Source: the human T2T-CHM13v2.0 reference genome, Homo sapiens. From it: a stretch of DNA of 64,000 nucleotides. The stretch is from NCBI RefSeq assembly GCF_009914755.1, contig NC_060933.1. One strand, written 5' to 3'. Below, piece after piece: positions 11,226 to 26,339 of this stretch. Both the position numbers and the translations under genes were made by a program. The stretch's first letter is position 1; each line of letters starts with the position of its first letter. The notes under the pieces are model-generated. The model was not told the DNA's origin. It searched no databases and worked only from the letters and a program-made list of their open reading frames with translations.

Positions 11226-13189
11226 ACTACAACTATTCTAATCTTAAAATGAGTTTTCCCAAATGGGGCTTGACAATGACAAAATGATTAGTGATCTTCA
11301 AAGTATATTGGATAAACTTTATAAAGCTATATGAAACACTATTATTCCACTAGATATTGATATAGAAGTAATTGAGCTGCAATATCAGATGACATTAAAA
11401 TGAGTGTTTATCACCATTCTTGGCTGAAGGTTTCTGGTAAGAAATAAGTAGCCTCTAAGGACAAACTAAGCAAATCCAGCCCAGTTAAGTTATGATAGAG
11501 ATCATTCTGGAATTTATAGCATCTTTCTCTTCCTCATTCATTTGCTTCTTCAAAAAATATTTATTTAGCACTAATTATGTCCGGAATACTAAGATTTTTT
11601 TATAAGGAAAGAGGAGAAATGATAATAGGGCATGAAGAAGATTATTGAAACTGTTCCTTGAACTAGCTTTAAATTTGGGGTTTACTATAGTGAGAATTAC
11701 ACTAGAAAACTGAGTCCCTTTATAAGTACTCCATTTGATAATCTTGCTTCTAATTTTAAATCAATCTGAAAGAAAAAAGAAAAAATTAACTCCATCAGGT
11801 GGAAATTATATATAAACCTGAATTGAAGAACAGATTTTCTTTTAAATTGGAAAATAATTCTTCTTTGGAAGTTAATTCCTTTCTACTTAGAAACTGGTAG
11901 TTTTATGTAAGATAAGAAATGCAGAAAAATTAGATTGATATACAAATAACTGGCCAGTCTTTGTTTTCTGATACACTAGATAAGTATTTTATGTATTTAA
12001 GGAATTAAAAGGTGGTTTACAAATAAGAAAAACGTGCCTCATTTTAGGCTGTAAAACTCCCCAGCCAGAAAAGACAATAGAAATCACTTCACAGAAGCCA
12101 AACAACCTGATTTATTCAAATTATGAATTCCAAATGAACGAGAATGCTTATTCTTGAGAAAATACAAACGTGGAATTTCTATATTTTCGATATGAATATG
12201 ACATTGAGACTGCTTGTAATTTCTGTTAGCAATGGGTAATATACTGCAAAGAAAGAGAAATAGGTTATTTTTTAAAAAGAACCCACTGAAAAAAAATATG
12301 AACAAAAAACCTAGGGAAATTAAAGATAGAAAATAAGCTTTATTGCTTAAGGAATAAGCATGGGAGACTGGGAAATTATTAGTATGGGGAAAAATTGAGG
12401 ATAAGAGATAAAGCCAAAGTCATAGCTAATTATTAGTTGATTTGGAATCAATAAAATTTCCATGTGTAATTTTTTGGTTGCTGAAAACCTTAGTTATAAC
12501 ATTTGGTCTTATATTTAATTTAATCTTCATAATTCTGTGAAGATAGTATTTCCAATTCTCGTATATGAAGATAAAAAGCCAGGTTTATGAATGTTACAAT
12601 GTTTGCTCATGTCACAGTGTTGGTCAGCAGCAGAAGTGAGATATAAACCCAGATCTGTCTGAGCCCCAAGCCTGTGTTCTTTCCACTTTCCTATGCTCAT
12701 CCTATTCCCTCTCTACAGAGTGAAGCAACATTATTATAAGGTTCTATATAATGCAATGTGATTTAACACTAACCGGTGATTTTCAACTTATGGAAGTTAA
12801 TTTTGTGCTAATCCATTTAAAGTGACTAACTCCATCTTCCCCATGGCCCACACCACGTGTTAGTGGGACAGATGGTGTGAACTGAGGTCATTGAAGAATA
12901 ATACTGATTGATTCACGTGGGGATTATCAAGATGTTATGACCTAAAAGAAAAATCAGTCTATGTTTAACAAATTTTATGAGCATAATAAAATATAACTTG
13001 TATACTCAGATATTTTTCTTAAATGCATTTATGAAAATGTATAATTTTTATCTTTATAATTAGCATGCTGAGATAATACTAGGATCATTTTAAAGATAGG
13101 TTTTTCATATATAGAATATTAGCATACTAATAGGCTTTATAGCATAAAAAGCATATTAACGTAGTTAATTCACACACTGGACGAGCATA

Positions 13190-14950
13190 TTCATTTAGTT
13201 TCTGTAATATGGTAAGCATTGAGTTAGGTGGGGTATATCAGTTAATGAAACAAAGCCCCTGTTCTGGCAGAGCTCAGAGTCTAATTACACAAGAAAATGA
13301 ATTATTATAACTGAGAGAAAGGCCATAAGTTACAAGAAGCTGGTTTTAGAACAGCGCAAGAACTTCGCTTATACTGGAAACAGAAGGAAGTTTCTCATAA
13401 TAGAAATAAATTTCAGCTGAGATCTGAAAAATTAGGCATAACTAAGGTAAAGAATTGTGACAGAACATTCCAGATAAAGGAGGAAGTATGTGCAAAGGCC
13501 CAGAGGGAATACAGTTAATTCAAGAAACTGAAAGAAACTTGAATTGAGTGGAGGCAGAGAACAAAAAGTAACCCTAGACTACACACAGGAGAGGTTAAAG
13601 ATTTTGATCTTTGGCCTAAGAATAGAGAGAATTGATTGAAAGAGTTTTTGCAGCAGCTGATATTATCAGATGTAGGTTTGAAAAATTTTCTCAAGTTTCA
13701 GGATACAAGACATTTAAGGGTACCAGAGTGTATATAGAAAAACCAGTAGGCTTTTGAGCAGTAGTCAAGGCCAGAGAATGGTATATGGGACCCAAGGTAT
13801 GGAAGTGGTGGCCATGAGACTAGATGAATAAAATTTGGATTTTGAACTATTACATGGGCCTTTGTACTTTAAATAGTGAAATTAGGCTCTTCTGTGTCTG
13901 AAGTGAGTTGATGAAGTACGGATTACACTGAAGATTTTTCCAGGAAAGCAAGGAAAAAAATGCCTCTACTGTGTATATTTGACTGGCAGTCAAATGGGAT
14001 GGAGAAAGAAGGAAGCTGCTTCTCATTGTACTCTATGACAGGTGACCAGTAAAGGGCCACGCACAGAGATAAATAACACTGAAAGAGGACCAGGTTTAGG
14101 AAGGCAGACTCAGCAGCACTGTAATATAGTGGTTCATAAATGAGTCTTTGGACCCAGCATGCATGGGTTTAACTACTGGGTCTGAGATGTATTAACTGTA
14201 TGAACGTGGACAATTTATTTATACCTATTATTCCCCGTTTCTCTCATCTATAAAAATGGAGAAGATTGTGATGGTAACTACTTACCTGAAACATTATATG
14301 GCCCATGGCAAGAAATTAGTAAGTTGCTATTATAAGCCATTTCTGGATATGTTGAATTTTAGGTCATTTTAATTATACAAAAAGGCATGGTGAGTAAATT
14401 TTTAGATATATACATCTGAGTTCAGAGGAAAGGTCTGGACTGCAGATAAACTGAGGAGTCAATAGTGTTTAGATGGTAATTGAAATGGGACTAAATGAGA
14501 TTGACTCCCTGAGAAAACATAGTGAAAACAGAAAAGGAAATAAAACCGCTTTGAAGAACACTATTGTTTAATAGCTGGGTAGGAGAAGGTGAGCCTTTTA
14601 AGAAGATTGAGAAAAAGTGGCCAGATGGATAGTAAGAAAACCAAAGAAGCTTGTATCATGCGCACTAAGAGAAAGAAGATTGTGAATAAAAGAGAAATGG
14701 TTACTACTGTCCAATGTAAGATCATGTAAGACAAACATTGCAATATGACTATTGATTTTAGTTACTTGACGATCATCATTTAAGGTCAATAATGACCTTA
14801 GCAATGGTGGTTTATATGGAGTTATAGGATCAGATGCCAGAACAGGGGAAACTGAAAAATAATATTGAGGTAAATAAATGAAAACAAAAAGATATCGCTC
14901 TTTTAAGTTTAATTGAAGGGAGAGGAGGGAAGTAGAATGGTTATTTAGGT
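13190..14950 (-). mobile_element. Long L2 remnant, interrupted by a MIR
   Basis: cattccagataaaggagg...tgtgcaaaggcccagag, ggatatgttgaattttagg and agatggtaattgaa motifs. Confidence 0.75.
14112..14335 (+). mobile_element. MIR inserted in L2
   Basis: gcactgtaatatagtggtt...gtttctctcatctataaaaatgg. Confidence 0.7.
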
Positions 14951-15524
14951 GGAATTGAGGAAGAACTTTACTAATGAAAAAAACTGATAGTTTCTTTTAA
15001 GACAATGGGAAAAACCTCAAATTGATTCTATTTGGTTAATGGGCCACATATAGTTCCAATTAGACAAATTAAGGATTGACAGTCACTAAGGAGTAAAATA
15101 GGTCATCAGAGTGTCCATATCGAAAAGACAGAATCTCAATAGTGATCTTACATTATCAATTTGGTCAGATGGTGATCCCTTTGGATATTACACAGTAGGA
15201 CAAGATACACACATCTGTCACATTCCAACATCTTCATAGGTCAAGATCCCAGTCACCAGAAGTACATTAGACTACCCTTATTCCTTACACAAAAGTATAC
15301 ATGACAACCCTGATTCCTTGCTTTCTTCATAAATTTCCACTTTCTTCTACCCCTTCCTTTATTGGTTAATCTTGACCTCATACCCCATTGTTAACAATGA
15401 CTCAGTCTTCATTTCTTTTGGCCTTCAGGACCTCCGGTCCTTTAGTAATTTATTTCTAAATTACTAAACTAAATTATTTAGTAATTTAGTTTCATACTTT
15501 GGCATTTCCTGAAAGATGGGCAAT

Positions 15525-15700
15525 CTATTGTTATATATTTACAGAGTGTCTACTGTGTACTCAATGTCTTCTAGGCACTAGGATACAGCAGTGAACAACA
15601 ACAACAACAGCAAAACAAAATCCAAGCCCTCAAGAAACTTACTCCTTGGTGAGACAGAAAGATAAATGTATGTCTGTATATCTAAGTGCTTGAATAAATA
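15525..15700 (-). mobile_element. L2 3' fragment
   Basis: atatttacagagtgtctactgtgtac...ctaggcactaggatacagcagtgaacaa. Confidence 0.65.
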
Positions 15701-15970
15701 ATTAAAGATCACACAGTAGGTCAAATTTGTACACTTTTATGAGTGATTCTATGTCACTCTATATAGGAACTTTAGAAAAATTTTCCCCAGAATTTGCCCA
15801 GCAGGAATTATGCTATATTTTGAATATGAATGTGTTAAATTCCTCAAATTACATAGCACATTATCAAATGTTTACAGATAAGTGATACCTAATTTTACAG
15901 GTGACATTGGAGCATCTTGCATGGTGTTTGGAATATACTTATGATTGATTTGTATCATTTGTTATACTTC

Positions 15971-16055
15971 CAGGACTACGTGTCTTTCCCCAGGACTATA
16001 TGCCGTTCCCTTTCCAGGACTATGTGTCTTTCCGCAGGACTATATGCCATTCCCC
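15971..16055. repeat. Short higher-order tandem repeat (A-B-A-B, period 44 bp)
   Basis: CAGGACTA starts at 15971, 15991, 16015 and 16035; units alternate gtgtctttcc and atgcc(g/a)ttccc. Confidence 0.9.
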
Positions 16056-16744
16056 AAGTGCCATTCAGGTAGTCTGACCTCTTACCAGTCTTGGGTTAAT
16101 CAGCTTTGAGATGGGCATAATGATAAATCCTGAAAAAATATTTTTAATAGTTTTTGTTTGTCTGCTGCTGCTCTCTAAATAGTAATGGGTAAGTTTCTGT
16201 TTTAAGTCATGTGTTATCCTGAAGCCAGTGTATAGTGGAGTCCATCTCATGCTACTAGGACTGATAATGTATTTTTAGATCTTCAGCAACCTTAAACGAT
16301 TGTGAGTGGAGAATGGGAAGAGATTGGGGGTGATAACTGTGTAAGCATAAATCCAATGTGTGAGTTGCTTGAGTGTACCAGTACGTCAGCGTATAATTAC
16401 AGAGTGATGAGCACAAAGGAAACACTAAATATTGATTTTCTACATATGAGTCTTGATGCTGGATCTTGCTGCCTTTTACCTAAGTTCTTCTCATTTATTC
16501 TCACCACCTCCCTCTAGCACTTAGTAATGGGATAGTTGAAGCCATAGGTATCTCCAGAAATAGAGTATGATTTATTCATCTACTTTTTCATTTCACACAT
16601 TTTAACGGTCGCCTATTGGGCAATGTGTAATTTTCATGCTATTCGGAATTCAAATATCGAAGGCACATTTCATGTATTCAAATTTATTACAATTTAGTAC
16701 ATACAGGAAAATAAAAGGTTTTAATACATAGTGATAAATGAGAA

Positions 16745-16950
16745 TGTAGCATAATAGTTGGCAGTCTAAGCTCTGGAGTCCAACACAGCTAGGCTGGGAG
16801 TCTAAATTCCATCACTTTTGACTACATAGCCTTGGGTAGTCATTTAACATCTGTGGGATACCAATAGTAATTGAGACCCAAAGATGCTGTAAATAGTAGA
16901 TAAAATGACTCAGCTGTTTATCACAGTACCTGGCATATAATATGTCAGCC
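16745..16950 (+). mobile_element. MIR
   Basis: tgtagcataatagtt...gctctggagtc...ccttgggtagtcatttaac...cacagtacctggcatata. Confidence 0.7.
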
Positions 16951-16999
16951 TGCATTTTTGTTGACATTGGTGTTTATTTTTGTATAAGAATGGCATACA

Positions 17000-17280
17000 C
17001 GTAGTGATACTGGACAAGGGAAAGAGCACTGGAGATGAAACATCCCAGAAGACTTTCTGAAATATTAACAGGACATGTCTTGACACTTGAAAGATGAATA
17101 TGGATTAGGAAAGGCAGAAAAGGCAGAGGAGGAAAGGACAAAGGTTAGTGCAAAGGCTGGAAGTACATAATGAGCATTTGCAGGCTTCAAGAAATTCCAG
17201 GTATCTGGAGAGAAAGTGTGACTGTGGAAAAGTAAGACTGTGAAGGGCCTTGCGTGTCTTAGGGTACTAAAAAGCAATTC
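17000..17280 (-). mobile_element. L2 fragment
   Basis: gacacttgaaagatgaatatggatt...gtgcaaaggctggaag...gaagggccttg. Confidence 0.6.
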
Positions 17281-17517
17281 ACATTTCTTCTTTTCATGGA
17301 TCTTAGTTTTGTGTGAAAACCCAGTGTCCTTCCAATGAATTAATATGTTCCGTTCCTAATGTCAACAATCCAGTGATTATGCTGCTTTGTAGTAAAAATA
17401 AAAACAACCCAAAATATTTCAGTGAAATAAATTTGAAATCATTCTATATATATCATTGTACTAATGAAAAGAGTTAGAATTCAGCTCATATATAAGTCTA
17501 GCTTTTCTAATGCTTTT

Positions 17518-17948
17518 GTTTTAAGACCTGTGTTTTAGGTTCGGGGCTACATGTGCAGGTTTGTTACATAGGTAAACTCATGTCACAGGGGTTTGATGTA
17601 TGAATTATTTTCTCACCCAGGTACGAAGCCTTGTATTCAATGGTTATTTTTCTGCTCCTCTTCCTCCTCCCACTGTCCATCCTCTGTTAGGCTCCAGTGC
17701 TTGTTGTTCCTCTCTTTGTGTCTATGGGTTGTCATCATTTAGCTCCCACATATAAGTGAGATTATGCAGTATTTAGTTGCTGCGTTAGTTTGCTGAGGAT
17801 AATGGCCTCTAGCTCACTCTGTGTTCCTGCAAAGGACATGATCTCATGCTTTATTATGGCTGATTATCCCATAGTGTATATGTGCCACATATTCGTTATA
17901 TAGTCTTCCATCAATGGACATTTAGGTTGATTCCATGTCTTTGCTATA
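17518..17948 (-). mobile_element. 5'-truncated old primate L1 (L1PA13-16-like) 3' end
   Basis: tacatgtgcaggtttgttacataggtaaactcatgtcacagggg... 3'UTR; candidate TSD taatgctttt at 17508-17517 and 17949-17958. Confidence 0.85.
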
Positions 17949-18510
17949 TAATGCTTTTTTTTTTAATGAAGCTGGAGGTAAGAGATGTCTCTCTCTCTCT
18001 CTCTTAGAAATGACACAATGATTACCCTCTTCATTGATGCTCTACTTAATTCTGTGAAGGTAGAGAAGTGAGCAAGATCTTGCTTGAGAAGTGGGCAATA
18101 AATTCTTGTTCACTTCTTTAGCTGAGCCATCTTTATCTGTCTTTGTATCTTTTCATGCCTCATCCTTTCTAAATACGTAGGTAAGGCAACTGGTGCTGCT
18201 CTAAAAATGTGGGAGTGGAGGGAAATCCAGTTATGACCCATGTGTATAGAGCTTTCCTTCTGGCTTGCTCTTCTCCTGCACCTACTCTAAGCAAAAGGGC
18301 TTCCTCCATGGATCTAGTTTAGCTCACCCCTGGGAATATTCTGGAGTGTGGAGCTAAAGTGTAGATAGAAATACCATGTTCTTTTATTGTCCATTTAACT
18401 GTATGCTATGTTTTTCCGGTGGCAACAGCAGGGGAATCTGCCTGGGGCTCTGTTTCAGGGCCCCTGCTTCAGGGTTCCTGTGTCTGTACCATCTGTCTCC
18501 TTATCAAATA

Positions 18511-18550
18511 TCAGGTTGGTGCAGAAGAAGTAATTGCTGCACCAACCTAA
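18511..18550. mobile_element. Internally deleted MADE1 (Hsmar1 MITE)
   Basis: tcaggttggtgca...aagtaattgc-tgcaccaacctaa; Hsmar1 TIR ends, preceded by TA. Confidence 0.8.
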
Positions 18551-19639
18551 TGTAACAGTGGGCACCACCGTTTTGACTTGATCTCTAAATGATTACCTCA
18601 GTGCTTATTGTGAGGTGTGGATGAGTTACCATATATGAAATGGCCTAGGAAATTGTCTTGGATATGGTTGGTAATGTGCATTCATTCTGACCTAGCCCAT
18701 TGTGAAAGATAAAGGGAAAGAATAAACAGAGATTGAGGGTTTCCCTCTCTTTTAACCACTGTGAATACAGAGGAAAAATGAATGCCCAGATATACTTTTT
18801 TACACCATCTTCATTGGATTTATATGAAAAGTACAAGCCCATCAATAAATAATAAAACACACATTCCCAACTAAAAATTTTGGTATTTTAGGTCTAAGTT
18901 AACAATTTATTTTTTCAAGATGAAAAGGTCCCATTCTAAGGTCTTTTTTTTTTTTTTTTTTAGATTTATTCAGGGAGAAATAAACATCTCTTTACTGAAA
19001 GCAAACAACAACAAAAACATATCTTGGGGTCAATAAGGTTAATTTTTTTGGTAGAATATTTTTTTTCTTGAGGGATACACAATGGAGGTGATTATGTTGG
19101 AAGCGAGGAACAGGAGAGGCTGAGTTCAGTAAGTTCAACAAGCAATAGCTATTGCTTATTCTACAATGTTGGGAAATTTGGGGACTTTACCTTTTTCTCA
19201 GATTTTGATTATCTCTTTGTCAAGAAGTGAAGTTATGTCTGGAATGAATGTTAACAATATCAGTTGAGGCTAAAGAAAGCATCTATTATTACCAGCCTGT
19301 TTCAAAACAGGATTTTATCAATCACTTTTGGCATAACTGGCATTCTATTGTAGTCTTTTTCCTCCAGAATTCACTGAAAACAAGTAATTCCATGAATCTG
19401 TGTGCTTGCTTCTCTTGTTTTTAAAAGCTTCCTTCAGTGAATCATTTGGTAACTACTTTTTAAAATTAATGTACACTCAAAATATTTTTTCTGTATTAAT
19501 TAAACAAGATAAAAAACCTAGGCTTGATAGGATATGGCTCTCCAAAGATTCTCTTTAAGGATAAAAGAATAAATAAAATAACAAAGAACAAAATAGTTGG
19601 GCAAATTCATTTTCAGTCAACAACTATCATCACTTATGC

Positions 19640-19830
19640 TACAAATCTGTGTGTCTGTTTCTGGGTATTCTCCAGAAACTCTAAGCCACAGAGTTGACTG
19701 TCTTCTGTGTGACATCTCCACCAGCACTTATCCTCTCTATATCTCAAAGTCAGCAGGATCAAAATTGAAGCCCTTATCAATGACCAGACTTCCTCCTCTT
19801 CTAGGATCTGACCTATTGGATAGCAGAACA
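19640..19830 (+). mobile_element. L2 fragment
   Basis: caaatctgtgtgtct...gactgtcttctgtgtgacatctccacc...atctcaaagtcagca..tcaaaattgaa. Confidence 0.6.
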
Positions 19831-19864
19831 TTTACCCTAACGTCCATCTAAAAAATCAATTTTT

Positions 19865-20060
19865 TCTCATTTATGCATTAATTCTAGTAATATTTATTGT
19901 GCAACTACAGTGTGCTAGACATGGTCTAGGTGCTGATGCTATTTTAGAGAATATGTCTGACAACATTTTTTCCCTTATTCTAATGAGGGACAGCAATAAA
20001 ATGAACAAATATGCAAATAATATCATGTCAGGTAATAATAGATGCTATAAATAAAATGAC
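19865..20060 (-). mobile_element. L2 3' fragment
   Basis: aatatttattgtgcaactacagtgtgctagacatggtctaggtgctg. Confidence 0.65.
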
Positions 20061-20436
20061 TAGAATAAAATAAACTCCTTTGGTCTTATAGTCAGTGACA
20101 TTTTGTAACTTGTTTCTTCTTCCAGTATAGTCTTCTGAAATTAATCTTTAGTGAGTCTTCAGAGATATTTTAGTGAGCTGAAAGACAGAAACTAGTTAAG
20201 GTCATCAGACTGGAATTCATTAATTGTTTCCTTTCTATCAGTGATACTGTCCTCTCAGTTTTGTTGAGTATTTTGTTCAGTCTCTTATTCTTAATTCTCT
20301 AGCAGCCTCTGTTTCTTTTATCTTCTCTCACATACTGCAGATAGAATTTTTCTTCTGCTTAGCCTATGTGGTAGCTGCCTTCCAGTAGCCTCAGACTCAT
20401 TATAACATCAGTCACCTCAAGTGAGATGGATCTTGG

Positions 20437-20623
20437 CAGTGGTGTGTTGATGAAAAAAAAAAAAAGCCTGATTTTTGGCATTTCTAAATTTCCATGTGTA
20501 AATACTTCTATCATGGCCAATCTTCAGGCTACCAGAATGACAGCACAGAACATGCAGCTGGGAAAATTTTATGCCGTACACTCTCACAAGCCTGTATCAA
20601 CACTCTGAGCCAGCACACCACTG
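20437..20623 (+). mobile_element. MER63A-like hAT-Blackjack element
   Basis: TIRs cagtggtgtgttg / cagcacaccactg; 8-bp TSD gatcttgg vs gctcttgg (7/8). Confidence 0.85.
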
Positions 20624-20897
20624 GCTCTTGGGCAAAAGATAAATTGACCAAGTTTTAGTCAAGGTTTCCTATCTTAACAAAATAAATGTACTAGGGCAGT
20701 ATAATCATTTTATATAAAATAGCTTCCTAGGAAATCTAATGTGCTGTTCTCAGATCTGGGCAGTGATGGTTGAGGATGGGAAGGGACTTCCTGTGAACGT
20801 GTAAAACCATAGGACTACCTCTCCAGGTCATGTGATTTGTCCATTATGGACTTATTACATGGAATTTCTTTCCTCTTTCTCCTATCAATTTTCCTAG

Positions 20898-21484
20898 TGT
20901 CTATGGGGTTTTTAAAACACGGCCACAAATGCTCTGAACTGCTCTCACAAAGTGGTAGATTATGTGTTGGAATCAGGACGTGCTTGTGACTACTTTGACA
21001 ATGACCAGTAGAGTTCAGTGGAAGTGACAATATGTGACTTCTGAGTCCAGGTCATAAAAGACTTGGACTGAAGTCCTGCTCTCTGCTGCATTCTTGCAAA
21101 CCTGAGAATCATATGAGAAGTCTGACTACCCTGAGATTGTCATGTTGTGAAGAAGTCCTCCTCACACGGAATGGCCAGATATAGAAACTCTGGTTGGTAA
21201 TCCTAGATGAGTCCCTCACTCTCAACCCCCAACCACAGAGAAAGTTTCAGGCACATGAGTGAAGAAGACACCAGATGGATGTAACACAGAGCTCTTTATG
21301 AATCACTTCCAGGCATGAATTTTCCTAGCTAAGGCCACAGACCTTGTAGAGCAGAAATGGAAAATCTCCCCTATGCCCTATTTTGGATTCCTGAACCATA
21401 GAATTCATGAACTTAATAAAATGATTGTTGTTTTATTTCACTACATTTGACATGGTTCGTTCCAAAGCAAAAGATAACTGGAAG
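20898..21484 (+). mobile_element. MaLR solo LTR (MLT1G/H-like)
   Basis: ggaagtgacaatatgtgacttctgagtccaggtcataaaag; 3' aataaaatgattgttgtttta...gcaaaagataactggaa. Confidence 0.75.
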
Positions 21485-22036
21485 ACTCAATTTTTCCAGG
21501 CTCAGGTTGCCATAATGGAGATGTGTTCATGAATAAAGTTCCTGGCACTCCACTCATAAAGCTGGTGAGAAAATACAAGATTGTACTGCTGAGGTTAGGA
21601 CAAAAAACTCATAGTGATGCCTCCCAGAAAGTTATGAAAAATCAAATACAACATTCCTAAAGAGTTTGAAAAATTCATTTGGGACAGGGTCTCTTGCAAA
21701 AGTATTTATTGGGGAAGATAAGATCTTACAAGTGAGAATCCAGGAAGTAGGTGATTTTAGAATAAAAATAGATAATTGTATGATGGAAATGGAGGTCACT
21801 TCACAAAAACTTTACAGATAGCACATCAAAAATGGGACCCATGTATATCCATAAGAGTATACCAACAAAGCTCAGTTTAAACCAACAAAGCTCAGAGTTT
21901 TAGGTGCTCAGTTTCCTGGATCATGTATCATCCCTCTGTATTTGAATTTAGCTTATAGAATAGGGGAAAGATGATGTATATTTCCATTTTTTCAGCAGAT
22001 GGGCATAAGTGCTGTATGCATTATTCTGAGGAAGAA

Positions 22037-22427
22037 TATTTCAGTTAACTATTGCAGTAATATTTCTGCATAACAGACCACTCTAAAACTAAGTGATTTT
22101 AAATGACAATAATTTATTATCATGGGTCTGCTTTAGGCTGTGGAGGCTGGAGGATAGCTCACCTGGCTGGTCTCTGCTAGGCAACTTTGCTCCATGTATT
22201 TCTTACTCCTCACATGGAATTTGCTGCATTGTTGGGGCATATTTTTAGGGTGATGAGAAAGGTGCATAAAGTTAAGCAGAAATCTGCAAGGTTTCTTAAG
22301 GCCATATCTCAAAGGTGTCATGCTTTCCCTTCTACTCTACTCCATTGACAAGTTACATGGCCAAGCCCAATAATGTGCCATGGAAAGGGTGCATATGATC
22401 ATGAGGCTACTAATTTGATCTACCACA
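22037..22427 (-). mobile_element. MaLR solo LTR (MLT1I/J-like)
   Basis: tcagttaactattgc...gcataacagaccactctaaaactaagtg...aagttacatggccaagccca...tctaccaca. Confidence 0.7.
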
Positions 22428-23064
22428 GAAGAATTGCAGTGTCTAACAGAGATCTAGTTTAGCAGATTAAATTCCAAAAACTGACAAGATGGCTCGGTAC
22501 GGGCATTTAGATAAAAGCTCAGCCGTGTGGACATAAGCTGTGTTGTAGCTGTTTACATTGCCTAAATCTCAGGAATATTTAGATTAAGCTTATTGCTGAC
22601 TCTATTCTAGATGGTCTGGTTCAGGGTTCAGATGCAAAACATTTTATTAAAGGAGCAGGTCAACAGTTAGGTGAAGATACGGCTGTTGGTGTGCACCCCT
22701 GATGCCACAACCGCCTCTGTAAAAGACAGATGTTCACCTAGCAATTTTCAACTCATTTTTATTCCACTAGATTTTATATTGAATCTTCTTCATATAAATA
22801 ATGTATTTTTCAACAAACAAACTGATAAAGTAATCTACCATAGTTAAAGTGAGTGTTGGACATCTATTTTTATTGTTTGTGCAGTAAAAATAGATTTGTG
22901 TCCATACCGTACTCTAGTGTGGCTTTTTAAAACTTCTAGGTCTTATAAGTATGCTTGAAAAACATAGTTCCTTTCGCTCATTGAATCTTTCCTAATTATA
23001 TTAGCACTTACTATTGAATTCCTATTTCTCTTATAGTACATATCACATATTTTGGTATTTCAGT

Positions 23065-25678
<2,614 letters not shown>

Positions 25679-25687
25679 AAATATTTG

Positions 25688-25886
25688 TTTTTTATGTATT
25701 TTTTTTTTCAACTTAGTTCAGGGGTACATGTGCAGGATATGCAGGTTTGTTACATAAGTAAACAAGTGCCATGGTGGTTTGCTGCAGATAATCCCATCAC
25801 TTTAGTATTAAGCCCAGCATCAATTAGCTATTCTTCCTGATGCTCTCTCTCCCCCTACCCCAACCCAGACAGACCCCAGTGTGTGT
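25688..25886 (-). mobile_element. L1PA (PA8-13-like) 3' end fragment
   Basis: gttcaggggtacatgtgcaggatatgcaggtttgttacata...cagaccccagtgtgtgtt. Confidence 0.8.
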
Positions 25887-25971
25887 TACTACAGTGTAAT
25901 ACCATTATTCAACTATCGTTTATGCTATTGTCATATTACCATGTGTGTTAGAAATTTCCATAACATGTTAT

Positions 25972-26335
25972 TGTCTTAGTCTGTTTGGACTTCTATAACA
26001 AAATACCTTAAACTAGGTAGCTAATAAATAACAGAAATTTATTTCTCCCTTTTCTGGAGGATGGGAAGTCAAAGATCAAGGCACTGGCAGATTTCCTGTC
26101 TGGTGAGGGCCTGCTTCTCCTATATGACACTCTTCCCATTGTGTCTCACATGGTGGAAGGGGCAAACAAGCTCTCTGGCCTCTTTTGTAAAACACTAATG
26201 CTGTTAATGGTGGCCCCACCCTCATGACCTAATCACCTACTAAAAGCCCCACCTCTTAATGCTATTACACTCGGGATTAGATTTCAACATATAATTTTTT
26301 GGGGGGTTGGGGGAACAGACATGCAGACCACAGCA
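25972..26335 (-). mobile_element. MaLR solo LTR (MSTC/D or MLT1A-like)
   Basis: tgtcttagtctgtttgg..ctataacaaaatacc...ttctggaggatgggaagtcaaagatcaagg...ctcatgacctaatcacc...cagaccacagca. Confidence 0.85.
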
Positions 26336-26339
26336 GTTA

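Noticed and set aside
15971-16055. Repeat-spacer appearance suggestive of CRISPR
   Set aside because: Primate DNA, 8-bp head only, spacers repeat each other, no cas genes
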